From positions 933,295-997,294 of the forward strand of contig WELB01000007.1 in the NCBI GenBank assembly GCA_009602725.1: a stretch of DNA of 64,000 bases, written 5' to 3'. Below are positions 1 through 12,296 of this stretch, piece by piece. The stretch is from Spirogloea muscicola (Eukaryota). The position numbers and the translations under genes are program-made. The notes below the pieces were generated by a model. That model was not told the origin of the DNA. It saw only the letters and a list, made by a program, of their open reading frames with translations, and searched no databases. How positions within the stretch are numbered: the stretch's first letter is position 1; the number at the start of each line of letters is the position of its first letter.

Positions 1-2866
1 CGGCGGCCCGGACCCGGACGCGGAGGCGCTGGACGGCCTCCTGTGGGGCCTGCTGGCCGACGACGGCGCCGGCGCGTCGCCGCCGCCGCTGCGCCTCGTC
101 GACGCCGTGCCCTCCGCCACCGGCTGGCTCCTCCCGCTTCACATCAACGGCAGCGGCAGCCCGGGCTCGTCTCCGAGCCTTGTCTCCGCGGGCCGCCGGC
201 GCAGCTTCTGCGCCCGCACCAGCTTCTCGTGGAGCCCCGGCCATGGCGCCTGCGCCGCGGCGCTGATGCACCCCGCGCACGCCTGGAGCTGCGACCACCT
301 CCTTGGCTCACCTCAGCTCTGTGCACTGCAGCCTGCCACCCAACATGAAGGTGTACTCGCAGTACTGCGTCCACTTGCTTATCTCACCCACAATCTGATG
401 ATGGAGCTCCATGATGGAGCTCCAGTGTGTCGAGAATGCATAGCTGCTTGGCCCCGCAGGAAAGCTGAAGAAGGCCCGCCTCATCATTCGCCATACGCTC
501 AAGCTCTGGAAGTTGGCAGCTGTCCTCGTAGTCCAGCAGTAGTGGCGTACTCATGCAAGGCCGCATTTCTAGACCGGTGCCCACCGCTCCGTCTTTCCTC
601 TGTCGATGCGTCGATCGGGCCTGGGATCAGCCAGCTGCCATGGCCGTGGTAGCAGCAGGCCTCGCTGGATGGAGCTCCCGCTGAATTGACGACCCTCCGT
701 GGGCACGCCGCAGACTCTGCGCCCATTGGCGGCGACGGGGCCGTGCAAGCCGGCCCTCCGACGTCCAGTGAGATGGAGAACAGTGACCGAACCGGCAGCC
801 TCTCGCTGTCCGCCCCGGCTGCGCGCTCCGGCGCTCGCCTCACCGACCCACTTGGCGAGAGCCAGCAGATGCAGGAGTGCGGCAGCTGCACATTGACAGG
901 GACCCTCATCCACAGCGATGGTCAGTGCTGAATACCCCAATACCTCATGCAGCTGAGCTGCAGTCGATGCCTGTCTGCCGGTGATCAACAGTGATGCCTG
1001 AAGGCTGGATATCAACGTGACAGACGACGTTTGCAGTCGCAAGGCCGACGACTGTTGACCACCTGCCACGTCCGCTAGAAAGGCAGCGTCTGAACTGTCT
1101 GCTACATGCGGTCTTTTGCAGGATTCCAGGAGGCAAAGCTGGAGGTGCACAGGGGAGAAACTTTTCACATCGTCCTGGAGACCAGGCACCTCGACGAAGA
1201 CATTCGCCTGCCAGCATCTCGTCAGATTTTCATGTGAGCTGACCCTGTAAATCGTTGTTTATTGCTCTTCCTCTCTCCAACTGTGAGTTGGCACCAAGTG
1301 CTTGTACGGCAATATGTTGGCGAGACTCCTTGGGTATCTTCTCAACAGCTGCGCGGCAAGCGTGGTACTTCGCCATCTGTATGATATCCATGTGCAATAT
1401 CAGGAGCTCTTACAGTACACAGCTTACTCTTCTTTGTATGCTGCAAGGATTCCTGAGGAAGACCAAGGCTACTTGCCAAAATTTCTCCTGCAATATTGCC
1501 TGCTCCGCCACCGCAACTCGTTCCACCTTGACCACGACTCGCTGTCGGAACATCTCAGCTTACTCCCAAACCAAAATAAGGCATCGCTCGCAGGGTTCTT
1601 TCAGAGCTTGTTGAGCGCAACTCCATCCCGGCTGCCTCACCCTTTTCCGACTTCGGCTGGTTGCTCTTCGACTAGGTGCAGCACTCAAGGTCTCTGAAAC
1701 GGTATCAACTCAACGAAATACATAATCTGCACAATTGCAAACGGGCTCGGCTATAGAGCAGTGCATAATATCCTAATCTTTGCGTGCTTTACCGGCCTTT
1801 CATTCATTGGCAGCTCAAAGAACTGGCAGCATGATCACTGCATATGACCGATTCAAAAGTGAGTTGACATTGATCTGATGTGGTGAGTCCAGGAAAAGCA
1901 GATGAATGTTTCAGCATCCGTCGACATGCTGATGCATCACAACGGGCAAATGATGGGTTGAACAGCGCGCTGCCTGAAGATGGGAAGGTGTCTGCAACGA
2001 TCAATCCATACTTGGCTGTGGATGAAAACCTCAAAGCTATTCAGCATTGACTCTTCCAGCAATGACTCTTCTTTGTACAGACGAATATGTTGCCCTCCAA
2101 CAAGGAGCCTCAGTGCAATTCATGCGTGCAGTACTGACTTTCATTCCCAATGGGCTTCTTGGCAGAGGGATAAATACACGACCCTGGAAGCAGCTGATCT
2201 GGCCGAGCATTTTCACCGTCCCATCAGCAAGGCAGCACAGCTGCTGGGGATCTGTCCCACACTTCTCAAAAAGATTTGCAGACGGAATGGCATCCTTCGA
2301 TGGCCATATCGGAAGGTTCAGTGACAGCAGCCACGCTTGTAAAACCCATGAAACTATGCTGTTGGGACATGAGTCTTGCACTGGCTACTGTGATCACACA
2401 CCTCAATTGTACTGTACAGATGCAAGTCAGAGGCATCCCATATCTATCCTCTGAGATTTCGCATTCTACAGACAAGCACTGTTGCTTTTAAGGAACCGGA
2501 GCAACGTCAGGCAGAACGTGCCAGTCCATACTAGTGGCTTAGGATCAAGAAGAGAGCGGCTATTGCAGTCAATTTACTGAGGAGCACCTCTCCTTGTACA
2601 TGATGCCTACACAGATGAAAAGCATTGAGCGGATACTTGCCAAGAAGGAAAGGAAATTGGCGCACGCCTCTGGTGACATGCAGGAGGTCATTCAGGACGA
2701 GATCCTGAGGCTCAAGGAGGAGTTAGACCATGTGTTGATGACGAGCCCAGCTACGAAGCCTCGCCGCAGAGTGTCCTTGCTAGCAGTCAATCGTTGCTGG
2801 CCAACAAACTGCGGACCTGTCGTCCCACTCAATGGCGACCTTTTGCGGCGAGATCTAGGCTCCTGA
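1..2866 (+). CDS. RWP-RK domain transcription factor (RKD-like), multi-exon, 5' end upstream of window; 3' end approximate
   Basis: Exon ~2167-2315 encodes LAEHFHRPISKAAQLLGICPTLLKKICRRNGILRWPYRK, a canonical RWP-RK motif. It splices to MKSIERILAKKE... at ~2615. Upstream exons: ~659-920 (CGSCTLTGTLIHSDG), ~1122-1233 (KLEVHRGETFHIVLE) and from ~1448 (KFLLQYCLLR), with GT-AG boundaries. Confidence 0.85.
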
Positions 2867-3381
2867 GGGCAGTAAGGCTGTCAGCCAATGCTCTACAATG
2901 CAGGCTTAACCAAGGGAGCATCTGAAGGGTTAAAACTTCCATCAGGCTACTTACATGAGGCAGCAACAACTGGCCTACGATGGCCAGAACTGCACAGCCA
3001 TGTCAGAGGAGCGAACAGCTGCAGTGTTCAGCGGCCGGACTGCCGCAGGTTCTTTTGCGTAGAGCATCTGAGATGTCCACTAAAAGGTGAACAGTGGACG
3101 GGCAATGGGTTGGTCATACAATTGATTAGTGGCACGGACTTGTCATCTTGGTCTCCCTGGAGAGATTTGACGATGCAACTTACTGTCGGATAGTGGAAGT
3201 TTCATTCATTGGATTCGTTTTCATAGCAGTTTCCAGATCAGACTCTCACGATAAATGTAGGAGCTTGGTAGCTGGGAGCTTGGAAGATAGTCTGGAGATA
3301 GAGGTGGCTCACAAGGCCATGTTGACCACGTAATCACTAGGCTTGTCAGAAGGAAGGGCCTCAGATTCCACTTTCCGCTTA

Positions 3382-5650
3382 TTACCAGATAAAAGAGGCA
3401 CGAGCATCCACCACTTTGACGTGACTTTGTACAAGGGGCATCTGACCAAAGACCTCCACAAACCTGTTGATGCATTCAGTGCGCTTCCTACTGTGGGCCT
3501 TAGCGCTGCTGATGGCACCTGAGTGACTTAGTTCAGCGACATGGCCTGCGCAGCAAGATAAGAGCAGAATATAGCTCCACGACCTTTTGAGCGACACCAA
3601 TTGGACTGTGCATTAGCAGCAATGAAACCATGCCTGAGCTTTTCCTTCACCAACTCAAAACTTTAGCGCGACTCTTTGACATGCATCTACAACAAAAGGG
3701 TGTGAATAATCATTGTGCAAATAGACAAAGATCAAGGAGCATATTAGGCAAAGGGCTGCAAGTTGTACTTGATATCCAGATGGGAGGTACTCTGGTGATG
3801 TTAGCAACGAGGAATGACAGCGCAATGTCCTCGCAATTTCTGTGGAGATCATTTCTGCTGTTTGAGGACGACTTAACGACTTTGCAAACAAAAGCATCTG
3901 AGCTTCACACGAAATCAGCCAGCAGGCATACCTGGGCTGTTCGCTTTGTCATCAACGGTGTATAAAATCCTGACACTCACAAAGTTGACCACCAGTATGA
4001 CCACTGCAATGGCTACAGGGACAAGCAATACAAAACTCTGGAAAGTAGCTGGCCATCTCACCTGCCCTTGTGTACAAACTCAAGAAGGTGAGATGGTAGG
4101 TTGCTGTACAGCTCAAAATATTTGTGATGTACAAAGGCAGCCTTGCTCAGCACAATACTGTAGGTTCCAGTCCACCACACTGACCACCACCCTCCATATT
4201 TGTACGCAAGGCCATGCTCACTGTCCTGCAACTCATGTATCAGGTTCTGCAATTACGTCATTCTTGTTAAGGCAAGCATCTGAAGCCCAATCCGAGAAAC
4301 TTCGGATTTCATATTTATTTCCTACATTGCAAATCAAGCATTCTACTGTTGACAGCATGAGGATAGTACATAAAGCTGTGATCCTTATGCATGCTATGAA
4401 GACAGTGCAAACATTCAAAGGTACAGAATTTATGCTTGCAGCTTATGCAGCAGACTCACCATCTTGCCTGTTATCCAATGCATGCGTGGCACAAAGCCCA
4501 CCATTGTCTTGGGTGCAGCTACCCACGTTGCAAATGCAACATCCATAGATGCGCAAGGGATGATGACATCATCATCAACAGAGAAGATTGCTCCTGCATC
4601 AAGAGTACTATGACACTAAGTCATCTCACCTGCTTGCTGAGTCAAGTGCAAGCAGACAAAAGCTCGAAACTTTGACAACCAGCCCCCCTTTGGACGCTTC
4701 TGTGTCCTTGTTGGACCTAACAAAGTAGTAAGTAAGCTAGACTGGAGTGCAAACATCATCGCACCTACTTCGCCCGAACCACACCTGTCTGTGGCCCCTC
4801 AAGTGGCTTAAAGCGATTGTTAAGGCTGTCCTGCTTGTGAACGTCGAACTGTAGTACTGTCGCCTGAGGATGTCGTCTGGAGGCCTCCTTGACATCCTTC
4901 ACAACAGCATGCATGATAAGTCAGCCTCACTGACTACGGGTCTGTACCAACGTTGCATGCAACTTGTACGCCCTGCCATCAGAATGCACCCTAAGGCAAG
5001 GGCAAAACCGAGCAGTTGAGCTAAAAGCTGTTGGTATCTGGACCTAAGCCTCCACAATAGCTACCAGTCTTCCAGTGTAAAGACGGGCCATCTATCTGGC
5101 CAGGGTTGGTGCCAGAGTCGGACATGTGAGCAAGTCTCACTTGGGCCATGGAGGCGCGTAAGTCCGAGGGAGGCGGCTGCGGCTCGCTCCAGACGACTCG
5201 CACGGAATGCACCATGTCGCACTTGGCGTAGTGCGCGGCGGTCCTCCGCAGCAGGCTGTGCCTCTTCCATGTGTTGATCAGCACAGTGTACTGCTGGCTG
5301 AAAGGGACCGGCAGGGCACGCGGAAGCCATCAGAGTCCTGCCGACGCTCCATCGGGGCGCCCGCTACGAGGTGGCGGTGCACACGCGAGACGGAGTGATT
5401 CGCCGCAAAACGTGCGAAGCTGCGCCACTGGATGGCGTCCCATGACGGCCAGCTCCCAGAAAGGCTGGGCTGTGGCACTGACTCGAGCGGCGGCGCGACG
5501 GGTGGGAGGCGGTGGCGCCAGCCGAGCGCAGCGGGCGCGCGGAGGCTGGCGAGCAGGGCGAGCGCGCCGAGCACGGCGAGCGCGACGGCGNCCAGCCATC
5601 GCCGCCACCGCCGCCGCCGCCGCCGCGGCGCCGCCGGGCGGCGCTGTCAT
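3382..5650 (-). CDS. EPC1: Glycosyltransferase family 64 protein (EPC1/GMT1-like, EXTL2-related), multi-exon
   Basis: Spliced exons encode an N-terminal TM segment (VLAVLGALALLA), YTVLINTWKR..HYAKC..VRVVWSE, DSLNNRFKP, AIFSVDDDV (DxD), MVGFVPRMHW, YGGWWSVWWTGTYSIVLSKAAF, NCEDIALSFLVAN and KRTECINRF..FGQMPL. Stop at 3382. First exon is interrupted by an n at 5591. Confidence 0.9.
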
Positions 5651-5789
5651 GGAGTGTGAGTAGTGGCGGGACAAGTGGTGCCTGCAGCGGGCAGCTGCCG
5701 CTCGTTCGATCGACTCATCTGACGCCGGGGTGCACCTTCAACAGCCATCGCCCTCTACTGGAAGAGTCTATCCTCTTAAACCCTTGAGC

Positions 5790-7151
5790 AGAAAGTGAGC
5801 GATTCCGAAGAGGGCAGGGGCTGTGAATGCCCAGCCCAGAGAGGAGACTGAAACTAGGGAAGGATGAATCACTCAATACCAACGAGTGAGGAGCCGCAAA
5901 TCCGACACAGAAGCTGGCGGAACTCGATCCCCCTGACGAAAGCCAGAGGCAGCAGCGAGGGCACGGCCAGCACGCAGGTGCAAAGCGTGGCTCGTGGACC
6001 GCTTGTATAAGCCACGCTTGGAGGGACACGGCTAGTCGCATGCGAAAGACTTGGGCCAACGAGCCAGCGGCGTTGAAGTCAGCCTGCTCACCTCGCCTGC
6101 GGGACACAGCGCATCGTGCAAGCCTGGCCAGCAGGTCGAGCCACTGGGACCCAAGAGCCCCATGCACAACCACGGCCAGGGGTACGAACTCGTCCCCAGC
6201 CCGGTGGTCAGCGTGTTTGGCCGCCTTGCTGCGAGCGGCGTTCGCCGCAGCATGGCCAGCCCTCGAGGCAGATAGCCCCGGATTGGAGCGGTCCACCATA
6301 TCACTGGTGACCGCATCTGCAATGATGCGTGCGCCGCCTCCTGGTGTGAAGGCCACTAAGTCGACGGGGCGCGTGTGAAGGCCGTCCGCCTTCTGAAGGA
6401 TTGGCATGACCGAAGTGTTCTCCAGCGCGCCCGAGTAGCCGGCCTCCTGCAAGATGCCAAACATGGCATCCCTGAGGTCATGGGCTGCCGTGCGTTCTAC
6501 TCCAGTCGCGCACCGGAGGACGTGCGCTGCCAGTTCCGCCGGGTCCGCCGACTGTTCCCTGCGCTCGCACCGGAGCACGCCCTACAGGCAGGGCGGGGGG
6601 AGACCCAGTAGGCGATGGGTTGCCGTGCGAAAGAGTTCGTCCGGCATCCGGAGTGCGTCATAGAGCGGAAGCGCCGAGAGCCAGGCTGCCGCGCCAGGGG
6701 AAGATGCCGACCGCAGCCGGGCATGCCCGCGCACGTTGGTTGGAGGGCTCTTCAACCGACAAGCTGCAGCGAAGCCGTAAAGGCCACCTTGTGGATCACC
6801 GCCATGTAACGCGCCTGCACCCACAAGTCAGGGGAGTGGGCCAGATGGGCAAAGGGCACCACGCTCTTGGTTAAGGCTAGGTTCTCGGCGAGTAACTCTT
6901 GTTGAGCAGAGCGGAGCGCCACCTGGAACGGCAGCGAGCCGGTCTCCACGTCCGCAGCAGCCTGCTGCAGCAGGGGCCGCCCGTCGAGCAGGAAGCGCTG
7001 AGCCACCGAAGATGCGACCTGGGCCCAGCTGCCGAGGTACGCTGGCCTGCAGGTGCGAGCAAGCGAGCGGCAGCCGAGGCCGCCCTGGGCGAGGGGTAGA
7101 GTGGCCTGGTGTACAGCAGCAGGCGTGTTGAGGAAGCCAGTGTGACGGATG
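5790..7151 (-). mobile_element. Non-LTR retrotransposon copy B (CRE-like, RLE-bearing), 3' portion, degenerate
   Basis: Encodes ATLPLAQGGLG, SASSPGAAAWLSALP, CEC-like..HVLRC..HD knuckle, RPVDL..AD..KAAKH and VHGALG endonuclease motifs. Ends SDLRLLTRWY* (stop 5873) followed by a GGGCTG..CAGCCC hairpin and a CACTTTCT terminus near 5790. Confidence 0.88.
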
Positions 7152-10100
7152 GAAGTGCTCACCCATAGAGAAGAGGGGTTGGCAAAGCCAGCCCTAAAAA
7201 GAAAGGGCAATGTCCAAAGCAAAGAGGAGCCGGAAAATGGACTACACTACAAAACACTGCAAAACACGTAGACGATGCAGAGGGAAGCTCAGTACCCACG
7301 AGTGAGCAACATCAGGTCTGAGGAGCTCGCAGCAGGGAAAGAGGCACTCCGCCGAGACCCAGAGGCGGCCACCATTGCACGGCCTGCTCGCATGTGAACG
7401 GCGTGGGCAAGGGAGCGTTGAAACGATACAGCCAGGCGCATGCGGAAGACTTGGGCGAGCGAACCGGCGGCGTTAAAGCCGGGCATCGCCCCTGGCAGAC
7501 CCGGCCGCCGGTCAATGCCTGGCGGCAAGCCGCTGAAGGAGATCCAGCCAGCGGCTGCCGAAAGCCCCGTGTACATCCATCGCCAGGGCCGCGAATTCGT
7601 CACCAACCGGGTGATCAGCATATTTTCGCTCCTTGCCCCGGGCCGCCAGGCCGACCGCCTGCCCTGCAACCGACGCCGATCTGGTGGGAATGGCGGAGTC
7701 GAAGCAGTCAGTCGTCACCACATCGGTGATGATGCGGGGACCGCCGCCGGGCGGGATGGCGACCAGGTCGGCTCGTCGTGTATGGGGCTGGCCGTCCGTG
7801 CCCAGCTGGATGGGCATTATTGAGGAGTTCTCCACAGCCACCTTGAAGCCAGCCTCCGTAAACACCCCCTGCATACCATCTCGCAGGAGATCGTGGGAAG
7901 CCGTCCGCTCGCCCCCGTGCGCGTAATGGAGCATATGCGCAGCCAGCTCCACAGGGTCAGCGTGACGGGCACCGCACTTGCACTGAGTGACGCCCACGAG
8001 GCGGGGAGGGAGGAGGCCCAAGAGCCGGTGGACGGCCGTCCTGAAGACCTCATTGGGCATGGCGAGCGCCGCGCGGAGTGGGAGCGCTGATAACCACGCC
8101 GCCGCCCCTGGGGAAGAGGCTGAGAGGAGCCGGGCGCGGCCGCGAAGGTCAGATGGAGGGAGAAGCTCCACCACCTGGTCAGAGGCCGCTTTTCAAACCA
8201 GCGCCGTGAAGCGTGCCTGGGCACGCAGGTCAGGGGTGTGGGCGAGGTGGGTGAAAGGGACGATCTGCTCCGACATGTTGGGGTGGACCGCCAGGAGCCC
8301 GTCACGGGCAGAGCGGAGGGCAACCTGGAAAGGCAGCTGGCCGATCTCCACTTCAGCTGCCGCCCGCTCCAGGGCGCGCTGGCCGTGGACGATAAATCTC
8401 AGGCACATAGGGGCTGCAACCTGCGCCCAGCTGCCCATGTAGGCCGCCTCACAGTTGCGGGCAACTGAGCGGCATCCCAAGCCGCTGCGGCTGGCCGGCA
8501 GGCTAGCCTGCAGCAGCGCAGCTGGTGAGGAGAGGAACGCGGGGTGCTGCACGAGGGTGGCCGCCGACGCGAGGATGCCGGAGTCAAATGCCGCTTACCC
8601 TGCCTTCACCGCCAGTGAGGGAGGGGTGGTGCGGGCCAGATAGTGTGGCCGCTGCGTGGTGCATCTTGTCAGCGTAGCGGTCGCCAGCTGCATGTCCTGC
8701 AGTGTGTGAAGACGGTCCGCCGGCCGGAGGTGTTCCTGCAGCCGCGCCTGCAGCTGCTCCATCTCAAAAGCAGGTGCGCCGATGGGGGCGCCGAGGAGGG
8801 TGAAGCCCCCAGCTGGTGTCTGGCAGCCCGAGGGCAGGCGCAGCTGGGCTGGCAGGCCCTGGGGGGACCAGGCACTGCACTTGGCTACACGGATGCCCAG
8901 GCGGATCGCACCCAGCTGCACTCTGAGGGTAGCGAAGGCTGCCACGACGTCGTCTGGCGGCCCCACCAATGTGGTGTCATCAGCGTACGTGGGGACGAGG
9001 ACGCCTGGGTGAGCCGCGACCGTTGCCAGCAGCGCACGGTTGTGAGCCAGCGCGTAGTAGAGCCCCGCCAGCGGATCCCCTTGGGGCGTGCCTGTGGAGC
9101 AATGGAGGACCTCCACCCCACCGTGCCCTGTCCGCCACAGCAAGTCGCTAGGCTGACCGTAGCCCAGCCTGAAGAAGGGTAGGAGGCTGGGGAAGGCCGC
9201 CCGCGATGACATCCCGGTCTGCGCTGTTGAAAGCATTCCGGACATCTACCGCCATCCGGGGTTCAGGTCCAGGGTGGCCCGTAAGCCGTGCACGACCACC
9301 TCACCGCCGCTCCGCAGCCCCGCGCCGAAGTGGTGGGGCGCCAGGTGTGCCTGGGCCAACCCCGCGTGCTGTTGCCATAGCGCGCGCCCCACCAGGCGGT
9401 AGAGCATTTCGCCAACAGCAATGGGCCTGACCCCCCCATTGGCCTTGCTGAGGGCCAGCAGCGTGCTGGTGCAGATGACGCCGCGGATGCTGGCCGGGAC
9501 CTGGTCGCGTGCAAGGAGCTGGCACACCTAGTGGAGCGCCTGAAAGTCACTTGGTTCTCCCTCCAGGAAGAGCTCGCGGAGATGCTCGGTGAACATGTGT
9601 GACAAACCTCCAGCAGCTGCACGACGGCTGCTCTGCAAAGCCTGCCGAAGAGCGTCAGCGTCAAGGGCCACCTCCTCCGGCGGAGCGAAGGTGGCCAGCC
9701 ACGGAGGCAGGGGGGAGTTGGCCTCAGGGTGCAGGGACTCCAGGGGCGCCCGTGTGGCTGCGTTGGTTGGCGCCAGCACTGAGTCGTCCAGGGCCTGGAC
9801 TGCCCTGGATAAATCGCCCGCATGACCGAAGCGCAATGCCCGGCGGACGTTGGCGGCCCTGTCTGGCGCTGCCCGCACGTCACCGTGGTTTGCTGCCAAG
9901 GGTGCCACCGCTGCGTCGTGGCATGCTAGGAGCTCCTCCCAATGTCCGCTCTCGAACGAACTGGACGCGCTCCAGGAGGGGCTGTTGGCCCTGCCGGCGG
10001 CCGTCGGGTGGGACGCGCCCGAGCAGCAGCCGAGGGAAGAGGAGGAACAACTTCCAAGCCGCCTCGTCGCGGTGGTCCCTGACAATCTGCTGCATCGCCG

Positions 10101-11269
10101 GGCGGAGCGCGCGACGAACGTGCGGGCGCACCCCGCGGGGCACATGGCGGAGGAGCGGGAGGGCCGCCTGGCAGTGGACGGCAGCCAGGTCGAGGCCGGC
10201 CAGCCACTGCCAGTGTTGAGGCGTGGGAGGGGTTGGCGCGGGAGGGACTGGCCTGCCTGGTCGGCCCCGGCGGCCGCCCGCAGCCGCTGCGCTCGGCGCC
10301 TGCTCCGCACGGTTGTTGTTGCACGCGCAGGCTCGCTTGTGGTTGGCCCAGCCTGACCGCGTGGTGAAGGTCGTCTGGCAGTGCCGGCACAGCAGTGGTT
10401 TGAGAGAGTGAGATGGGGGCAAGGGCGGAGGAGCAGGTACGCACGGTGAAGGCGGAGGCGGCGGTGGCGAGGGCGGCGTCGAGGGCGCCGGCGGCAGGGG
10501 GCAGGGCAGCGCGAGAGGCGGGATGGTGTATGGCTGGGAAGGTGGAAGCTCAGACGGGGGAAACGGCGGCGAGGCCGAGGCGGGTGGCTGGCGCGGCGGA
10601 GGTGGACTCTGGGGTGGCGCCGGCGGCGACGGCGGCGACGGAGGTGACGGCGACGGCGGCGACGGAGGTGACGGCGGCGGCGGCGACGGCGGTGGGGACG
10701 GCGGCCCTGCTGCCACGGGAGGCGCACTCACAGGGATATCGGGGGCAGCATCACGCTCAGGGGGCAAGGCACCCTGCGGAGAGACCGGGTTCACCTCGGG
10801 GGACCCTTCACATCTCGAGGGCTGAGTCGATTAAGCAAGTGCCCGTCGCGTCTCACGGGCGGGAGGCGACATATGCTCCTCCGTGATGGGCTCCTGAGGT
10901 GAGGCTGCCAGGACGGTGGCGACGGGGTTGCAAGCAGCGGCGGCCGCATCGGGCGTCGTGCCAGCGGGGCTGGGATACCCCTTGCAGTGTTTCCGGTGCG
11001 AGGAGACACCGCGGGGAGTTGCGAAATCCCGCGGACAGCTTGGGCACCGCGCGCGCGCGGGGGCTCCGCAGGCGGGGTTGACTGCGGCGGAACAGATGGC
11101 GCTGGGGTCGGTTGAGCGTGGCCTGGTGTCGGGATCGAGGGCAGAGAGGACGAGGGACCGCTGCGCCCAGGCGAGCTTGGCCGGGGGAAGTTCGGGGACT
11201 CCGGCTCCGAAGGCGGCGCCGAGAACGCGCGGGTGTGGCGGCGGCGGGCGGCGCGGCGGCGACGGGAGC
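7152..11269 (-). mobile_element. Non-LTR retrotransposon copy A (CRE-like: C2H2 finger, RT, RLE), ~4.1 kb, inactivated by stops and frameshifts
   Basis: Zn finger CRHCQTTFTTRSGWANHKRAC (~10320-10385). RT motifs LSKANGGVRPIAVGE, DVRNAFNS, GTPQGDPL and YADD (~8980). LPASRSGLG, CKCG..H, RRADL..DV..KERKY, DVHGAFG. Ends LLTRGY* (7289). Flanked by 8-bp TSD GACGGATG (7144-7151 and 11270-11277). In-frame stops at 9528 and 8595. Confidence 0.93.
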
Positions 11270-11334
11270 GACGGATGAAGGCCGCCATACCCTCCGTGAC
11301 GCCGGTGTCGAACGTGGCGTAGGCCTCCTGCACC
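11270..11334 (-). mobile_element. 5' remnant of retrotransposon copy B, separated from its body by insertion of copy A
   Basis: Encodes VQEAYATFDTGVTEGMAAFIR, homologous to copy A's VKAG*AAFDSGILASAATLV. It joins in frame to HTGFLNTP at 7143 once A and one TSD are removed. Confidence 0.85.
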
Positions 11335-12260
11335 TGGCTGTCAAAGCCAGCCAGATGCATACAAGCGTTCATGAAGGAGCCACAGGCTAGGCAAACAGGG
11401 CACTCTCAGTACCCCCGTGTCAGCAGTAGGAAGAAGTGGCTCTCCCAATGGGGGCAAGGGCTGTGAGAAGGCAGCCCTTGCACAAGTCTTCCGCATGCGC
11501 CTGGCCGTATCGCTTCAACGCTCCCTTTGCCCACGCCGTCCATTCGCGCGCAGGCCGTGTTATGGCCGCCGCCTCTGGGTCTCGGCGGAGTGCCTCTTTC
11601 CCTGCAGCGAGCTACTCAGACCTGATGTTGCTCACTCGTGGGTACTGAGCTTTCCTCTGCATCGTTTCCGTGTTCTGCAGTGTTTTGTAGTGTAGTCCTT
11701 TCTCCGGCTCCTCTTTCTTTGGCTTTGGACATTGTTTTTTTGGGCTGGCTTTGCCAGCCCCTCTTTTCTATGTGCGCGCACTCCCCCCCGAAAAGAATTG
11801 ACAAGGTTCAGTAGGAAGGCAGATGGGCTGAGCTCACTTCTTGTTAATGAGCCAGCTGCTGACTCAGGGTTACTGAGCTCCCCTTCCTTCCCTCAGCCTC
11901 TGGGTCTCGGCGGAGTGCCTCTTTCTCTGCTGAAGCGTTTCGTTTCCAGCTGCAATTTACTCCGACTTGCTGCAGTTAACCCGGGATTACTGAGCTCCCC
12001 TCCACTTTAGTTTCGTACTTAGCTGCGTGCTCAAAGCGTCTTTCGACTTTCGGATCTTTGGACTTTTTTGGGCTGGCCTTTTCCAGCCATGTGCACGGGG
12101 CTCTTGGGTCTCAGTACCAGCCGGGTAATAGTGAGTCGACTGCAGTTTATCACAGAGTGCCCCGCACCCGCTCTCGCCAGAACTTTGGATTTGGACATTG
12201 TCCATTCTTTTTTGGGCTGGCTTTGCCAGCCCCTCTTCTCTTATGGGCGAGCACTTCTCT
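11335..12260. mobile_element. Cluster of short 3'-terminal retrotransposon fragments from several subfamilies, both orientations
   Basis: C-type 3' end on the minus strand (11434-11808) with TSD CAGTAGGAAG, itself interrupted by an A-type 3' fragment on the plus strand (~11477-11785). Further ORF ends LLTRGY* (11406, -), LLTQGY* (11876), SDLLQLTRDY* (11993) and LLPGWY* (12111, -). A-type 3' UTR at ~12185-12260. Confidence 0.82.
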
Positions 12261-12267
12261 CGCGACG

Positions 12268-12271
12268 AAAA
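12268..12271 (-). terminator. Probable Pol III terminator (TTTT) of tRNA-Pro
   Basis: First T4 run, ~25 nt downstream of the tRNA 3' end on the coding strand. Confidence 0.5.
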
Positions 12272-12296
12272 GTAGGGGCCGAGTTTACGGAGGAGG

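Noticed and set aside
10440..10720. Extensin/pherophorin-like Pro-rich host gene
   Set aside because: It lies inside the TSD-bounded element A, in frame with its zinc finger, and is part of the retroelement ORF.
11270..11426. Terminal direct repeat or pseudo-LTR at the 5' end of element A (LLTRGY* plus GGCTGGCTTTGACAGCC hairpin)
   Set aside because: The TSD places A's boundary at 11269. Positions 11270-11334 belong to copy B, and the motif beyond is best read as a separate subfamily's 3' end.
11742..11760. GGGCTGGC-TTT-GCCAGCCC as a histone stem-loop or bacterial terminator
   Set aside because: It does not match the histone consensus, the context is eukaryotic, and it always sits in the retroelement 3' UTR.
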